Below, piece by piece: positions 23,228-35,085 of a DNA stretch of 64,000 nucleotides. This DNA is from Cyanophora paradoxa CCMP329 (lineage: Eukaryota; Plantae; Glaucophyta): assembly GCA_004431415.1 (NCBI GenBank), contig QPMI01000436.1, forward strand, positions 496,001 through 560,000, given 5' to 3'. The position numbers and the translations under genes are program-made. Under the pieces are notes generated by a model. That model was not told the origin of the DNA. It made no database searches and worked only from the letters and a program-made list of their open reading frames with translations. Position 1 is the stretch's first letter, and each line of letters starts with the position of its first letter.

Positions 23228-26200
23228 CTACTGGCCTGGGCATAGGCCTGCAGCCGGGGCGGGCGCCGGCGCCGGCCCGGCGTCGAGGCCGCCGAAGCGG
23301 CGGAGGACGGGGAGGAGGGCGGCGCGCGTGATGGGCTTCACGACGTGCTCGTCGAGCCCGGCGGCGAGGGAGGCCTCCCGGTCCGATGGGCTCCCGAACG
23401 CCGTGCACGCCACTGGCGGGCCGGGCTAAGGGACCGGGGGAGGAGGGGGGTACGGGGCGCACCGAGGGGGGTGCGGGGCATCCCGAGCTCGTCCTCCATC
23501 TGCCGCAGGCGCTGCGCCATCGCCAGGCCGTCGCACCGTGGCTGGCGGGGAGGGGTGCGGGGTCAGGAAGCAGGGGTGGGGGGTGGGAGACCGCGGGGGG
23601 GGGGGGGGGGGTACAAGTCACCATGGCGATGTCGGAGAGGACGAGGTCGAAGGGGGTACGGGCGCCGGGGCCGGGGGTACCGGGTCCGGGGCGCAGCATC
23701 TCCAGCGCCTCCTCGCCGTCTTTTGCCTCTGCCGTCGCGTGGCCCATCCGCCGCAGCAGCGCCGTCAGCACCCGCCGGTTCATCTGAGTTCGAAGAGGGG
23801 GGGGAGAAGCGGATTAGGGGTAGGGGAAGGGGAAAGGGGGGTACGGGCGAACCTCGACGTCGTCGACGACAAGGATGCGGAGGGGTGTACAGCCGCGGGC
23901 GGTTCCGGAGGGGGTAGCGCCGTCGAGGGAATCGAGGGAGGCCGGGGCGGCGATGGCGAGGGGGGGTAGGACGTTCCTCCGCCGGGCGGCGCCGGCGCCG
24001 ACGCCGGCGCTCCGTCCCGAGCGGGGGGAGCTGGTCGACGAGGAGGGGGCACGGGGGGCCAGGGGGCAGAGGTTGGAAAAGGACGGGGAGGGTCCGCAGG
24101 CGCCGGCGGCCGGGGGCGAGGGGGGCCGGACCGAGGCGCTGCGCATGCGGGCCCCGGCCCCGGGCCCGCCCGCGGGGAGGGTTTCCAGCTCGGTGCCTGT
24201 ACCCCCCTCGGGCGCGAGCTCCGCAAGCAGCGCCGCCTTGCGGATCGGCTTCGTCAGGACCTGCGAACGACGCTCAGAAAGGAACGGAAAGGAGAGGAAA
24301 GGAAAGGAGAAAGGGGAGGAGCCACGTGGGCCGCGTGGCCATAGGCCACGTGGGCCACATGGACCTTGTCCGATCCATGCCGGAGCGAAGGAAAGGAAAG
24401 GAAAGTAAAGGAAAGGAAAGGAAAGTAAAGGAAAGGAAAGGAAAGGAAAGGAAAGGAAAGGAAAGGAAAGGAAATGTAAAAGAAAAGGACCTTGTCCATG
24501 CCGGAGCGGAGGCAGGCCTCGAGCTCCTCTGAGCCAGCGTGGCCCGTGAGGGCGACGATGCGGCAGGGGGCGAGGCCCCGCGCCGCCTCCAGCGCCCGGA
24601 TCCGCTCCGTCGCCTCGCACCCGCTCAGCACCGGCCTGCCGGCCGGCCGCGGGATCATCTAGCCGTCAGCGAGATGTATAGCTAAATCTAGAGGAAAGAA
24701 GGGGGCCTAGGTCGCTGCAAATCGAACCCAGTCTTATCGGATATATATCCAAACGAGGCAGTTCTAGATCTAGATAAATTTTATCGCTCGGCTGCACATG
24801 GCCATGGAGCAGTCCATGAAGGGGCAGAGGCGCCTGTTTCTAAAGTCTAACTTAATTAGGTTAAGCTTAGACTAAGCAAGTTAAGCTTAGACTAAGCTTA
24901 GTCTAAGCTCGGGTCCAAGGTCTTTCTTTGGCCCTCTGAGGCGCACATGGAGCAGTCCATGAAGGCGGCCGAGTAGGCGGCCCGCCCCGCCGGCGTCGCC
25001 CCCGCCCGCCCCGCGAACAGCGCCACCGCCTGCGGGGGGAGGGGGGAGGGTACGTGAGACGGGGGGGGTGGGGGCGCAGGGAGGGCGGGGCGAGGCCCGG
25101 CGGCCGGGGCAGGGCGAGCGGAGAGATTTTGGTAGCCTAGCCGAGATCGAGGGAGGGACAGGGACAGGGGTGGGTGGGGAGAGGGGGGGGGGGGGGGGGG
25201 GGTAGGGTGCGGGGCGGGACGGGGCGGGGCGGGGCGGGCCTTGGCGCCGTCGGTGGCGACGTCGCAGGGGTACCCGGCGCCGCGCAGCATCGCCGACAGG
25301 ATCCGCCGGTTCACCTGAGGGGGTGGGCGGGGGAGGAGAAGTGAGCGAGTGAGGCAGACGCGAGGGAGGGAGGGAGGGAGGGGCGGAGACTTCGATTCGA
25401 TCCGACTCGGATCTCAAGCGAATACAAAGCTAAGGGAGCCGACGCCCTCCGGACTCGGCGCACCCCCTCGCCCTCGCCCCGTCCAAACAAACCCAACCTT
25501 AATATCCTAATCTCGATTTAGATTTAGATCGTAAAAGGAATGCTAAGAATTAAGACTACGTACGCCCCCCCGGCCCCGTCCCGTCCCGTCCCGTCCCGTC
25601 CCGTCCCGGCGCACGCACCTCGTCGTCCTCAGCGATGAGGACGCGTGGCCCGCCAGCCTCCTCGGACCCCCCGGCCGCGGCCGAGGCGGGGGGCGAGGTG
25701 GGCTGGACGCCCCACGAGTCGGCGCGGGCGCCGACGCCCACGGCCGAGAGGGAGAGGGCCGAGGCGGGGGGCGAGGGCGGGAAGGAGGAGGAGGAGGAGA
25801 AGGCGGGGGGGCCCGGGCCCGGGGAGCCGGGCGGGGCGGCGCGGAAGGGCCACGAGAAGAAGAAGGTCGAGCCGCGCCCCACCTGCGATGTCGATCGCGT
25901 GTAAGCGCTAGCTCGAAGGCTCGATGGATGCGTGAAGCTCAACGCCCGTGTAACTATGCAACTATAGTGCTCTAAACGCTGAAACTATGTAACTTTATAA
26001 CTATAACTATATGTAACTATATTAACTAAGGAAGCCCGGCCTGCTCGGGGCTGCGTGCAGCTGGAGAGGGTGCTGGGGAGGGCGGGGGCGGGGATCGGAC
26101 CTCGGACTCGCAGCCGATCTCGCCGCCGGCCGCGTTGACGATCTCCTTCGAAATCGCGAGTCCTGCCGGGTAGAGGAAGGGAGCGGGTATGAGGATTCCT

Positions 26201-29200
26201 GCCGGGGCGGGGGCGGGGCCGGGGCCGGAGCTAAGAAGGGAAGCTCATAGAGGTGGAGCCGGAGCCGGGGAGCCGGGGCAGAGGGGCCGGGGCGGGGGCG
26301 GGGCAGAGGGGCGGGGCAAAGCTTCTTCTAAGCTTCTGATCTTCTAAGCCTTCAAGCCTTTTAAGCCTTGAAGCGGAGCGCGGACCGAGGCCGTTGCCGC
26401 CCGGGTCGGTGGCCATGTCGGAGTGGGCGCGGAAGAAGGGCGAGAAGAGGCGCGCCACCGACGCCGGCGCGATCCCGGGGCCTGCAGGCCCCGCCGCAGC
26501 CGGCTCAGCACCGCGCACCCAATCTAAGCTCTAAGGCTATTTTGGGCGGCTCTAAGCTCAGCCGGCTTAAGCTCTCAGCTAAGCGGCTCAGCACTGCAGG
26601 CGCAGCCGGCTCAGCATCGATATCGTGGCACCCGGGCGCTTGGCCCCATAGGGCTTAATCGAGATCCGGTATCGGGTGCGCGCGCGCGCGCGCGCGCGCC
26701 GCGCCCCAGCTGCCTCAGCGCCGCGGCACCCTGATCTAATCTCTAAGGATCTAAGCTTCATCTAACGCAAGCTTCATCTAACGCACCGGAGTCCTCGACC
26801 TCGAAGCGGACGCAGAGGGCGTCCCCTCCGGAGCCGCCGGGGCCCTCGCCGCCCTCCCCCAGCGCCTCCACCGCCTCGGGCGAGAGGGGCACGAGCCCCG
26901 CCCGCACCTGGAGGGGAGGAGGTGAGGAGGAGGGGGGGAGGGGGGGAGGGGAGGGGGGCATTGTTCTAGAGAAACTTCTAGGAGAAGCGAGGGAAGGAGG
27001 ATATGTCGATCTCAAGAGAACAGTCTCAGCGGGGCGGGGCGGGAGGGGGGGAGGGTGCGGGGGGGGGGGGGGGGGGGGGGGGGCGGGGCGTGGGGTGCGG
27101 GGCGCACGCGGATGGCGCCGCTGTTGCTGTACTTGACGGCGTTCGAGAGCAGGTTCAGCACCACTGCGCGGCGCGGCGGGGCGGGGCGGGACGGGCCGGG
27201 GCGGGTTCGGGTCAGAATTTTTAGAACGCTCGTTCGCTTTGTGTATACGTAGCTGCAGGCCACTCGTTCTGGCGAATTTAGATTTCGAATTCGATTTGTC
27301 TGCCTTGTCTCTATCGCACCCTGGCAGAGGCGGTTCGTATTCCGTCTATAGCTTATCGATCTGAATTTAGCTTGTCTATCTAGATCTATAATTGCGATCG
27401 CACCCTGGCAGAGGCGGTCGGGGTCGCCGAGGAGGGCGTCCGGGACCGTCTCCTCGACCGCGAGGGCCACGTCCAGGCCCTTCGCCTCCGCCTGCAGCTG
27501 CACCTGCGGGGGCGGAGGAGGTTGGGATTCACCGAGGGCGAGGACGGGTCGCCTGGAGGATCTAGGGTCTAGATGTCTCGTGGAAGTGATTCGTTCGATA
27601 CGATCTCTCTGGCTCGCGGGGAGGAGGTGGGGAGGCGGGCGCGCGTGATGCGCATGGCCTAGGTTCAAAGGTCCCGAGTCTAGAGGCATCGATCGAAGTC
27701 GGAGAGGGGAAGAGGGCCCGGGGGTACGCGCGCACGATGCGCATGGCGGCGCAGGCGAGGAGGAGGGTGGGGGTGGGGGGAGGTGAAGGGGAGGGGGGGG
27801 GGGAGGTTGAGGGAGAAAGGAGGCGAGAGATAGGGGGTACGCGCGCGCGCACGATGCGCATGGCGGTCCTAGGGTCTCGGGCCTAGGATCTAGAAGGTCT
27901 AGGTCCAGAGTCCTACAAAAGGGGGGAGGAGAGTCCTACAGAGTCGAGGTAGAAAGGAGGGAGAGATAGGGGGAGGGCCGGGGGTACGCGCGCACGATGC
28001 GCATGGCGGTCCTAGGCGCGTGCCATCTAGGATCTAGGGTCGGGGAGGGGGGGGGGGGGGGGGGGGGCGGGAGGATCTAGGATCTAGGGTCGGAAAGGAG
28101 GGCCGGGGGTACGCGCGCGCGCACGATGCGCATGGCGGTGCGGAGGACGGCGCGGAGGGAGAGGGGCACGCGCCGCAGCTGCATCGCACCCACCTCCATA
28201 CGCTGGAACTCGAGCACCTGGGGGGGTAGGGGAGGAGGAAGTTAAGGGGGGGTAGGGGGTAGGGGGTGGGGATAGTGGGAGAGCACCGCGTCGATAAGGA
28301 AGCGGAGGTGGTTGCCCGACTGCGCCGCCGCCTCGACGTACCTGCGGGGGTACAGAGTCAGAGTCGGGTTCGGGTCGAGAAGGGGGCTACAGGCGCACCC
28401 GGCGGCGTCGGGGGGTAGGGCGCAGTCGGCGGCGAGCTCGAGCATGCCGAGCACCCCGTTCAGCGGCGTCCGCACTGCCGGGCGATAAATATTGGAAATT
28501 GCGGGGACGTGAAGAGCGAGAAGAGGTGGCGGCTGCGGCGCCGGCCGCCGTGGCCCGACTCTAGCTATAGCGTGGGGGCGAGGCGGGGCGGGCGCGGGGC
28601 GGGGCGGATCGAACGCTAAGACTTTGGGACGCTCGGACTTTGAGGCGCGGTGGGGCGGGACTCTTGAGGATTCAAGCTTAAGGTCTCAAGCGTAATGGTT
28701 TAAAAGGGAGGAGGGGGACGGGACGGGACGGGGCGGGGCGGGGCGGGGCGGGCCCCGCTCTCGTACTTGAGGCACCGCGGCCCGACTCTACTACTAGAGT
28801 CGAGATCTAAACTCTATCTTAAGGGCGGGGCGGGGCGGGGCGCACTCTCGTGGGACATGGAGGCGAGGAATTTCTTCGTGCTCTCCGCCTGCAGTGCGAA
28901 ACGAACGTGCCGCGGCGTCGGTTGGATCGGGGTACGCGTGGGGTGGGGCCGGCGCCTCGGGGGACGGCGGCGTCGGTTGGATCGGGGTACGCGTGGGGTG
29001 GGGCCGGCGCCTCGGGGGACGGCAGCGGGCCGGCAGCGGATCTTCATTCGAGCTAGGAAATCTGGAGATCTAGATCATCGTTTAGATGGCCTTGGCCTGG
29101 GTGGGTGGGTGGGGGTGGGGGGGGGGGGGGAGGGGAGGGGGGAGGCGGAGGCCGCGGCGGTGCGGGGCGGGGCGGGGGCGGAGGACGGGGCGGGCGCACG

Positions 29201-30833
29201 CGGATCTTCATCTCGATGCGGGCCTCCGTGTCCACGCTCACCAGCTCCTGGAACCTGCCGGGGGGAAGGAGGAGGGGGGTGTCAGGGGCGGGAGGGGGGC
29301 CCTGGGCGGAGACCGGAGGGCTATAGCCATAGCTACGCGCGAGGGCGCACGCGGCGAAGCGGGCGCGGACGTCGGACAGGAGCGGCTTAAATAGGCTTAA
29401 AAAGACTTGGATCTAGATCTAGTAAAGGCTTGAAAGATTCAGCTTAAGATAGGGGAGGATCTGGATCTAGGATGTGGATTTTGGATGAATTAATTATAAA
29501 GCGCACGTGGCGAAGCGGGCGCGGACGTCGGAGAGGAGCGGCTCGAGGCGCGCCAGCTCCGAGAGGCCCGAGCCCCGCGCCCAGGGCGGAGGAGGGGAGG
29601 CGGCGGGGGGCGAGGCGGAGGCAGTGGAAGGGGGGGCGATGGCGGCGGCGGCGGCGGAGGCGGCCGCGGCGCTCAGCTTGCGGGACGAGATGCGCCGCAC
29701 CGCCTGCCGGGTGCGTCAGCTTAGAAAGCGCGTTCAGCTCCGATCCGAGGCGCTAGATGAAGGACTAGCGAGCTCAACACTGAGCTCAAGCTTATGGGAC
29801 AGCAAGCTATGGTTAATTTGGGGGTCGCGGGCGCACTGCGAGGCCGCGCGAGGCGGAGCGGGCCGGCTCCTCGGGGGCCTCAACCTTAGCTTAATTCTTG
29901 GCTTCTTAAGCTTTAGCTCTGGCTCTGGCTTCTTATCTCTGTATCTAGCTTCTCACGCTTGATCTCAAGCATTCGTTTGGGGGGCGCACTGCGAGGCCGC
30001 GGGAGGCGGAGCGGGCGGGCTCCTCGGGCGCCCCCTCGTTCAGGGGCGAAGCCGGGGCCGGGGCCGGGGCCGGGGCGGCGAGGGAAGCCTTGCGGGAGGC
30101 GGGAGGCGAGGCGGGGGCCGCCGGCTCGATCCGCGCGTGCTGGCCGAGGGCGAGGGTCATGCAAGAGAAAGAGAGAAGATTCAAGGTTGATAGTTGATAA
30201 GAGATAGATAGAGAGATCATAGAAGCTGGTAAGTTACATGAAGCTCGCTGTCTCATGATTACCTGGGCGAGGGCGAGGGTCATGTGGGAGAGGGTCTGGA
30301 CGATGACCTCCAGCCCGCTGTACAGCTGCGCCAGCGGCCGCGTGATCCGCAGCCCCACCAGCCTGCGGTGGGGGGGTTAGAGGGGCACAGCGCAAGGGGT
30401 AGCGTGTTAACGTTGGACAAGCTCTTAAAGTTCAAAGTTGAAGCTCAAGCTTTATTTCAAGCTTAAGCTTAAGCCAAATCAAAGCTTAAGCTTAAGCTCA
30501 AGCTTAAACGATCACAGCTTAAGCTTGAGCTCAATTATAAGCTTGAGTCAAGCCCGAATTGAAGTTGGAGTCAAGCAGGAGGACGCACACGGCGGCGGCG
30601 AGGCAGAAGACGAGCCAGAGTGAGTTGGCGATCGAGACGATCACGAAGGAGCGGTACACGTCCGCCAGCACGCTGTCCTGCGCCCCCGGACCGCCCCGGC
30701 GTCAGATCGAGACGGCCGGTGCGAGACCTGGATCTGGACCTAGATGTAGCTAGATTTAGCGCCTCGGGCCCCGGCGTCAGGGGTGCTACCTAGCCATAGG
30801 CCTAGATCCGGACCTAGATCCGGACCTAGATCT

Positions 30834-30918
<85 letters not shown>

Positions 30919-33900
30919 CAGCCCCCGGCCCGCCCCGGCCCGCCCCGGCGTCAGGGGGACCACCTAGGCCTTCTAAGCGCCGGAGCCAGCGTCTAAGAGG
31001 GGATATAACTCGGCAGCCCCCTCTCCGCTATGCATTCCTAGATCTCTATGATGTGCCGTCCTTCGCGCGCCGGCCTTGGTCTCGATGGATGTCGCAGTGG
31101 GCCCCATGATCCGCCCGGAACGGGGGCGCAGAGGGTGCGCTCGGGGGCCGGGGGCCGGGACTAGATTAGATCCCTATATACTAAAGAAAGAAGGCGGGGC
31201 GGGCCGGGGCCGCGTGGGCCACCGGCGCGGCGGCGGCGACGTACGTACTTGCTAGGCGCCCGCCCGCTAGATCTAATCCTATATATATCCTATCCTAGAT
31301 CCATCGGGGCGTCTGATCTAATGGGGGCCGGGGCTACCTGCACAGCGGCGACGATCTAGATCTCGATCTAGATCTAGATCCAGGTCCAGGGCCTTCTCGA
31401 GAGGGCTCGATCTAGATCTAGAGCCGGGTCCTTCGCCTTATAAGTTAGGCACCTGCGCGGCGGCGACGTAGATGCGCCAGGAGAGGTTGGGCGGGGCGGC
31501 GAAGGTCGCCCGCGCGAAGTAGTAGGAACGGCCCCCCGACGAAAAGGTCTCGCCCTCCCCGCTGTATGGGAAAAGATGTGTGAGGAAAAGAAAGGAAAAG
31601 CTTAAGGGAACGGATGGGATGTATGGGAGAGGATGAGTGAGGCAAGGGGAGGGAAGGAAAAGCTTGAGGGAGAACGGGGGGCACCTGGAGCCAGCAGCGG
31701 CGCGGGCCTCGGCGAAGCGAACGAGGTCGCGGATGAGCTGCGGCGGGCGGGCGGGCGGACGGTAACATTATATTCCATCAGTTGAAGGCACCGAAGCATC
31801 GGTTCGGCTCGGTCGCTTCGGTTCGGTTCGGTTCGGCGTCGTCCTGCGCACCTGGGAGGGGTTCTCTGCCGCACGCAGCGGGCTCTCCTTGGAGTCCATA
31901 ACGTGTTCTGGCCGCCCCGTCGACGCCCCGATCATCTGATCGCGGCGGGGAATTAGATCGCGGGGGAAGGGGGGAGGGGAGGGGGAGCTCGAGGGGGAGG
32001 GGATGGGGAAGGGCGGTGCGGGGCGGGCTGCGCTAGAGGGTGCTACATCCCAGCTACGGCGGGAGATCTAGGATTGGATCGCGGGGGGACGGGGGGTGGG
32101 GGAGGGTGAAGGGGAAGGGCGTGGGGGGGGAGAGGAGGGGCGGGTTGCGTTAGGTCTAGAGCGTGCTAGATCCCAGCTACTTGTACTTAAGCTTTTAGGA
32201 CGTGGGTGAAGCGGCGTGCACGTGTGTTGAGGTGGGGTGGGAGTGGGGTTGGGGGGTGGGGGGGGGGGAGGAAAGGGGGGTACGGACGGTGCCGGTGGCG
32301 CCGTCGACGACGACGGTGAGGCCCTCCAGATCGCGGTACCCCGCCAGGGATTCCACCCACACCTGCGCCCGGGGAGCGTGATCACGAGTTCGAATTTCGG
32401 AGGCCCGGGCAGGATCCACGCTAGCGCTGGCTGAGCCCAATATTTGTTGTACCCCGGAGAGCCCGGAGAGTGGGAGGAGCTATTTATAGGGCGGCCGGCG
32501 CCGCACCCGCTGGAGGTACTTCGAGAGGGCGGCGAGGGGTACGGAGACCGCCGAGGCCCCCGTCACGGGCCCGGGGTACGACGGAGGGCCCGCCGGGGCC
32601 GGCGGCTCAGGCATGGCCGGCATGGTGGCGGGGATGGGTAGGCCCGCCGCTCGCGGCGGGCCCCGCAGCCGGTACGTCGTCGCGTACTGCGGGCGGGGGC
32701 TCAGGGGGGGGAAGAAGGCGGAGGGGGGTACGCGCGCGCCTGGAGGACGAGGCGCTCCAAGGGGTCGAGGGTGCGGAAGCCGGTGGCGGTCAGCTGCCAG
32801 GCCGCCCCGGCCCCGGACTCCAGGGCGTCCTGTGACAAGAATAGCCTTGATTCAGAGCCGAGAATTCAAATTTCGGAAGGGGGGGGGGGGGTAAAGGACC
32901 TTGACGACTCCCCAGGCGACGCCAAGGGACGAGTCGGGACGCTCGGACATGAGCGCGGCGGGCTGGCCCCGGGCCGTCCCGTAGAAGTTCTCGGTCCAGG
33001 TCCCGTTGCCCACGAAGACGACGGGCGAGCCGCAGGGCGGAGCGCCCGCCTCGGCGCTCCGGTTGCAGCCGTACGCGCCCAGCGTCCCCAGCCGCGTGTC
33101 CGCCCGCACCGGCGCGCCCTCTGCGCGGAACTTGAGCTTGAAAACTCGAGACCGAGATCGGAATCGGGCGAGCGCGGGCACCGTCGTAGGAGAAGCGGAC
33201 GTAGTGAGCGAAGACTGTACAGCGAAGAAGATGAATCTCAAGTCAGAAACCCAGCAAGAAGCTCAAGCTTAAGCCAGGGGTCTAGCGGGCCGGTCCCGCC
33301 CGCCTACCCTCGGGAAAAGCTTAAGCTTAAGCTTAAGCTTAAGAAGCTTAACTAGAAGGTCTAGCGGGCCGGCCCCGCGCGCCCGCCTACCCTCGGGGTG
33401 CACGGCCATAGTGATGGCCAGCGCCTCCAGCACAGCCCGCCACCGGCCCCGGTCCAGAATTCCCTGCGAGCGAGCGAGCGGTCGAGATTTTAGGTGAAAG
33501 GGCAGTGGAGAGCACTAGGCGTGCCCGCGGAGGCGGGCGGTGTCCCCTCTAGCCGTCCCGGAGATCGCGCAGCGAGCGAGCGGTCCGGCCGGTGAGTTGG
33601 GGTGGGCGGGTTCGAGGCCGGAATCTCGGTCTTGAGCGGCCGGGGCCAAGGCGGGGCCGGGCGCCGGGGACGAGGCCGCGCGCACGAACCGACTCCATGT
33701 CGCTCTTCGTGCGCTCGGCGGCGCGCACGGCCGAGTCCACGAACCGCTGCGGGCGAAGTCGAAGTCTTAAGCGAAGCTTAAGCTTAAGTGAGGCCAGCGG
33801 GGATCAGGAGCGGCCGCACCGAGACAGCGCCCACCGCGCCGTCCCTCACTTGCCCGATCGTCGTCCCTGCGCATGCCGCCCCGGCAAGCTGCAGCTTAGA

Positions 33901-34821
33901 CCTGGTAGGGCGCCCAGCCGGCCGCGCGAGGCGGACCGGCCATAGCGTCGACGTTCTTAATCGCGAAATGGTACGTGATGCTCCACGACTGCGAAGCGGT
34001 CAACGGGACGCGGCGAAGGGCTGGAGAACGGAGGTAGGCCTAGGCTAGGCACTGTGACGGACGCACGAAAGCGACAGCGCCGGCCACTGCGGCGGTAGGA
34101 TCCGGTCATGATCAATCGCAAGCGAGAATTCGAAGGCGGCTGCAGCGGCGGCTCGGCGCACCGGAGAGCGCGACGAGGATGCAGACGACGACGCGGATGC
34201 TGACTTTCCTGCGGGGGCACTCGTGTCGGGGGCCGAACGCGTACGGGCGCCGGCATGCGCAGGCCGGGATCGGGACAGCCGACCGTGAGAGCTTCAGGCG
34301 GCGACGGGAGGGCAGCGGGCCGCGCTTCTTTCCCTCGTCGCCGTCTGCCGCGGCCGCGGGCGCGTCCAGCTTGTACCTGGCGGCTGCCGCGTCCTTCGAT
34401 TCGGCACGCTCGAGCTCGCCGTTGGCGTCCTTTCCCGCCGCGTCGCGCGGGGAGGCGGCGGGAACGGCCCCGCCGCGCGGCTCGACGACGGACAGGTCCG
34501 ACACGACTGCCGACGCGTACGGCGCCATGGCCATCGCGCCGCCGGCGGAGCGCGACTGCCGAGTCGCGTCGGAAGCCGACGCGGATCGGAGGGCTGTCAC
34601 AGTGTTGCTGGCGCCGCGCGACCACGCTGATGCGGCTGGTCGCTGCAGCTGCTCGTCGCCGAGCTCCCGGCGCAAGATGCGGTATCCCTCCTCTGGATCT
34701 GCGCGTGCGTGCTTTCCTTCCCGCGCGAGCGGCGTCCGAGGCTGCGCAAGCGCTAGCTATAGCCTATAGCCACGATCGATAATCCGGATCCGGATGGACC
34801 GGACCCCACGTCGTTTCGCAT
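23228..34821 (-). CDS. Membrane hybrid histidine kinase (TM/sensor region, HisKA, HATPase_c, two receiver domains); start approximate
   Basis: H-box FLASMSHE|(V)[13 protein letters not shown]; GDPDRLCQ|[12 protein letters not shown]; FEVEDSG|PGI; LFSPF; [14 protein letters not shown]; GRGSTF. REC1: [23 protein letters not shown]2: [20 protein letters not shown]. Hydrophobic segments near 34180 and 30600. Confidence 0.9.
28913..29022. repeat. Two-copy ~55-bp tandem repeat in a histidine kinase intron
   Basis: cggcgtcggttggatcggggtacgcgtggggtggggccggcgcctcgggggacgg occurs twice in tandem. Confidence 0.9.
30836..30915. repeat. (AT)n microsatellite, ~40 units, preceded by a 12-bp CCTAGATCCGGA tandem
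   Basis: Visible directly in the sequence. Confidence 0.97.
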
Positions 34822-35085
34822 GCGCAGCCGGCGTCGACGCCACACAGCCGTTGTTTTGCAAACACTTACCCGTGAATCGGCCCATCGATCGAACGATTCA
34901 CCGCAATGGAGAAAAAAGAATCTGCAAGAGATCGTGCATGTTGCCGCCGACTTGCATGAATACGAACAAGATAAGCCGCCCATGGCCATCAGCAGGCCCC
35001 TGAGGCCTGGGAACCCCCGTGGCCTCGCCCGGGTCGCCTCGAGCTCGCGCCGCCCGCGGTCCCCCGCCGGCGCCGCGCGCCCCGC

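Larger units (their letters stand above)
17910..26225. repeat. Direct tandem segmental duplication, 2 x ~4158 bp
   Basis: 17910-22070 is nearly identical to 22068-26225 (ORF 18122 recurs at 22280, offset 4158). Differences are mostly G-run lengths plus a few substitutions. Confidence 0.97.

Noticed and set aside
17910-26225. The 4.16-kb repeat as LTRs or a transposon
   Set aside because: The copies are directly adjacent, consist of host gene sequence, and show no TE domains or TSD.
23228-34821. Histidine kinase as bacterial contamination or recent transfer
   Set aside because: It is split by many spliceosomal introns in the host style.
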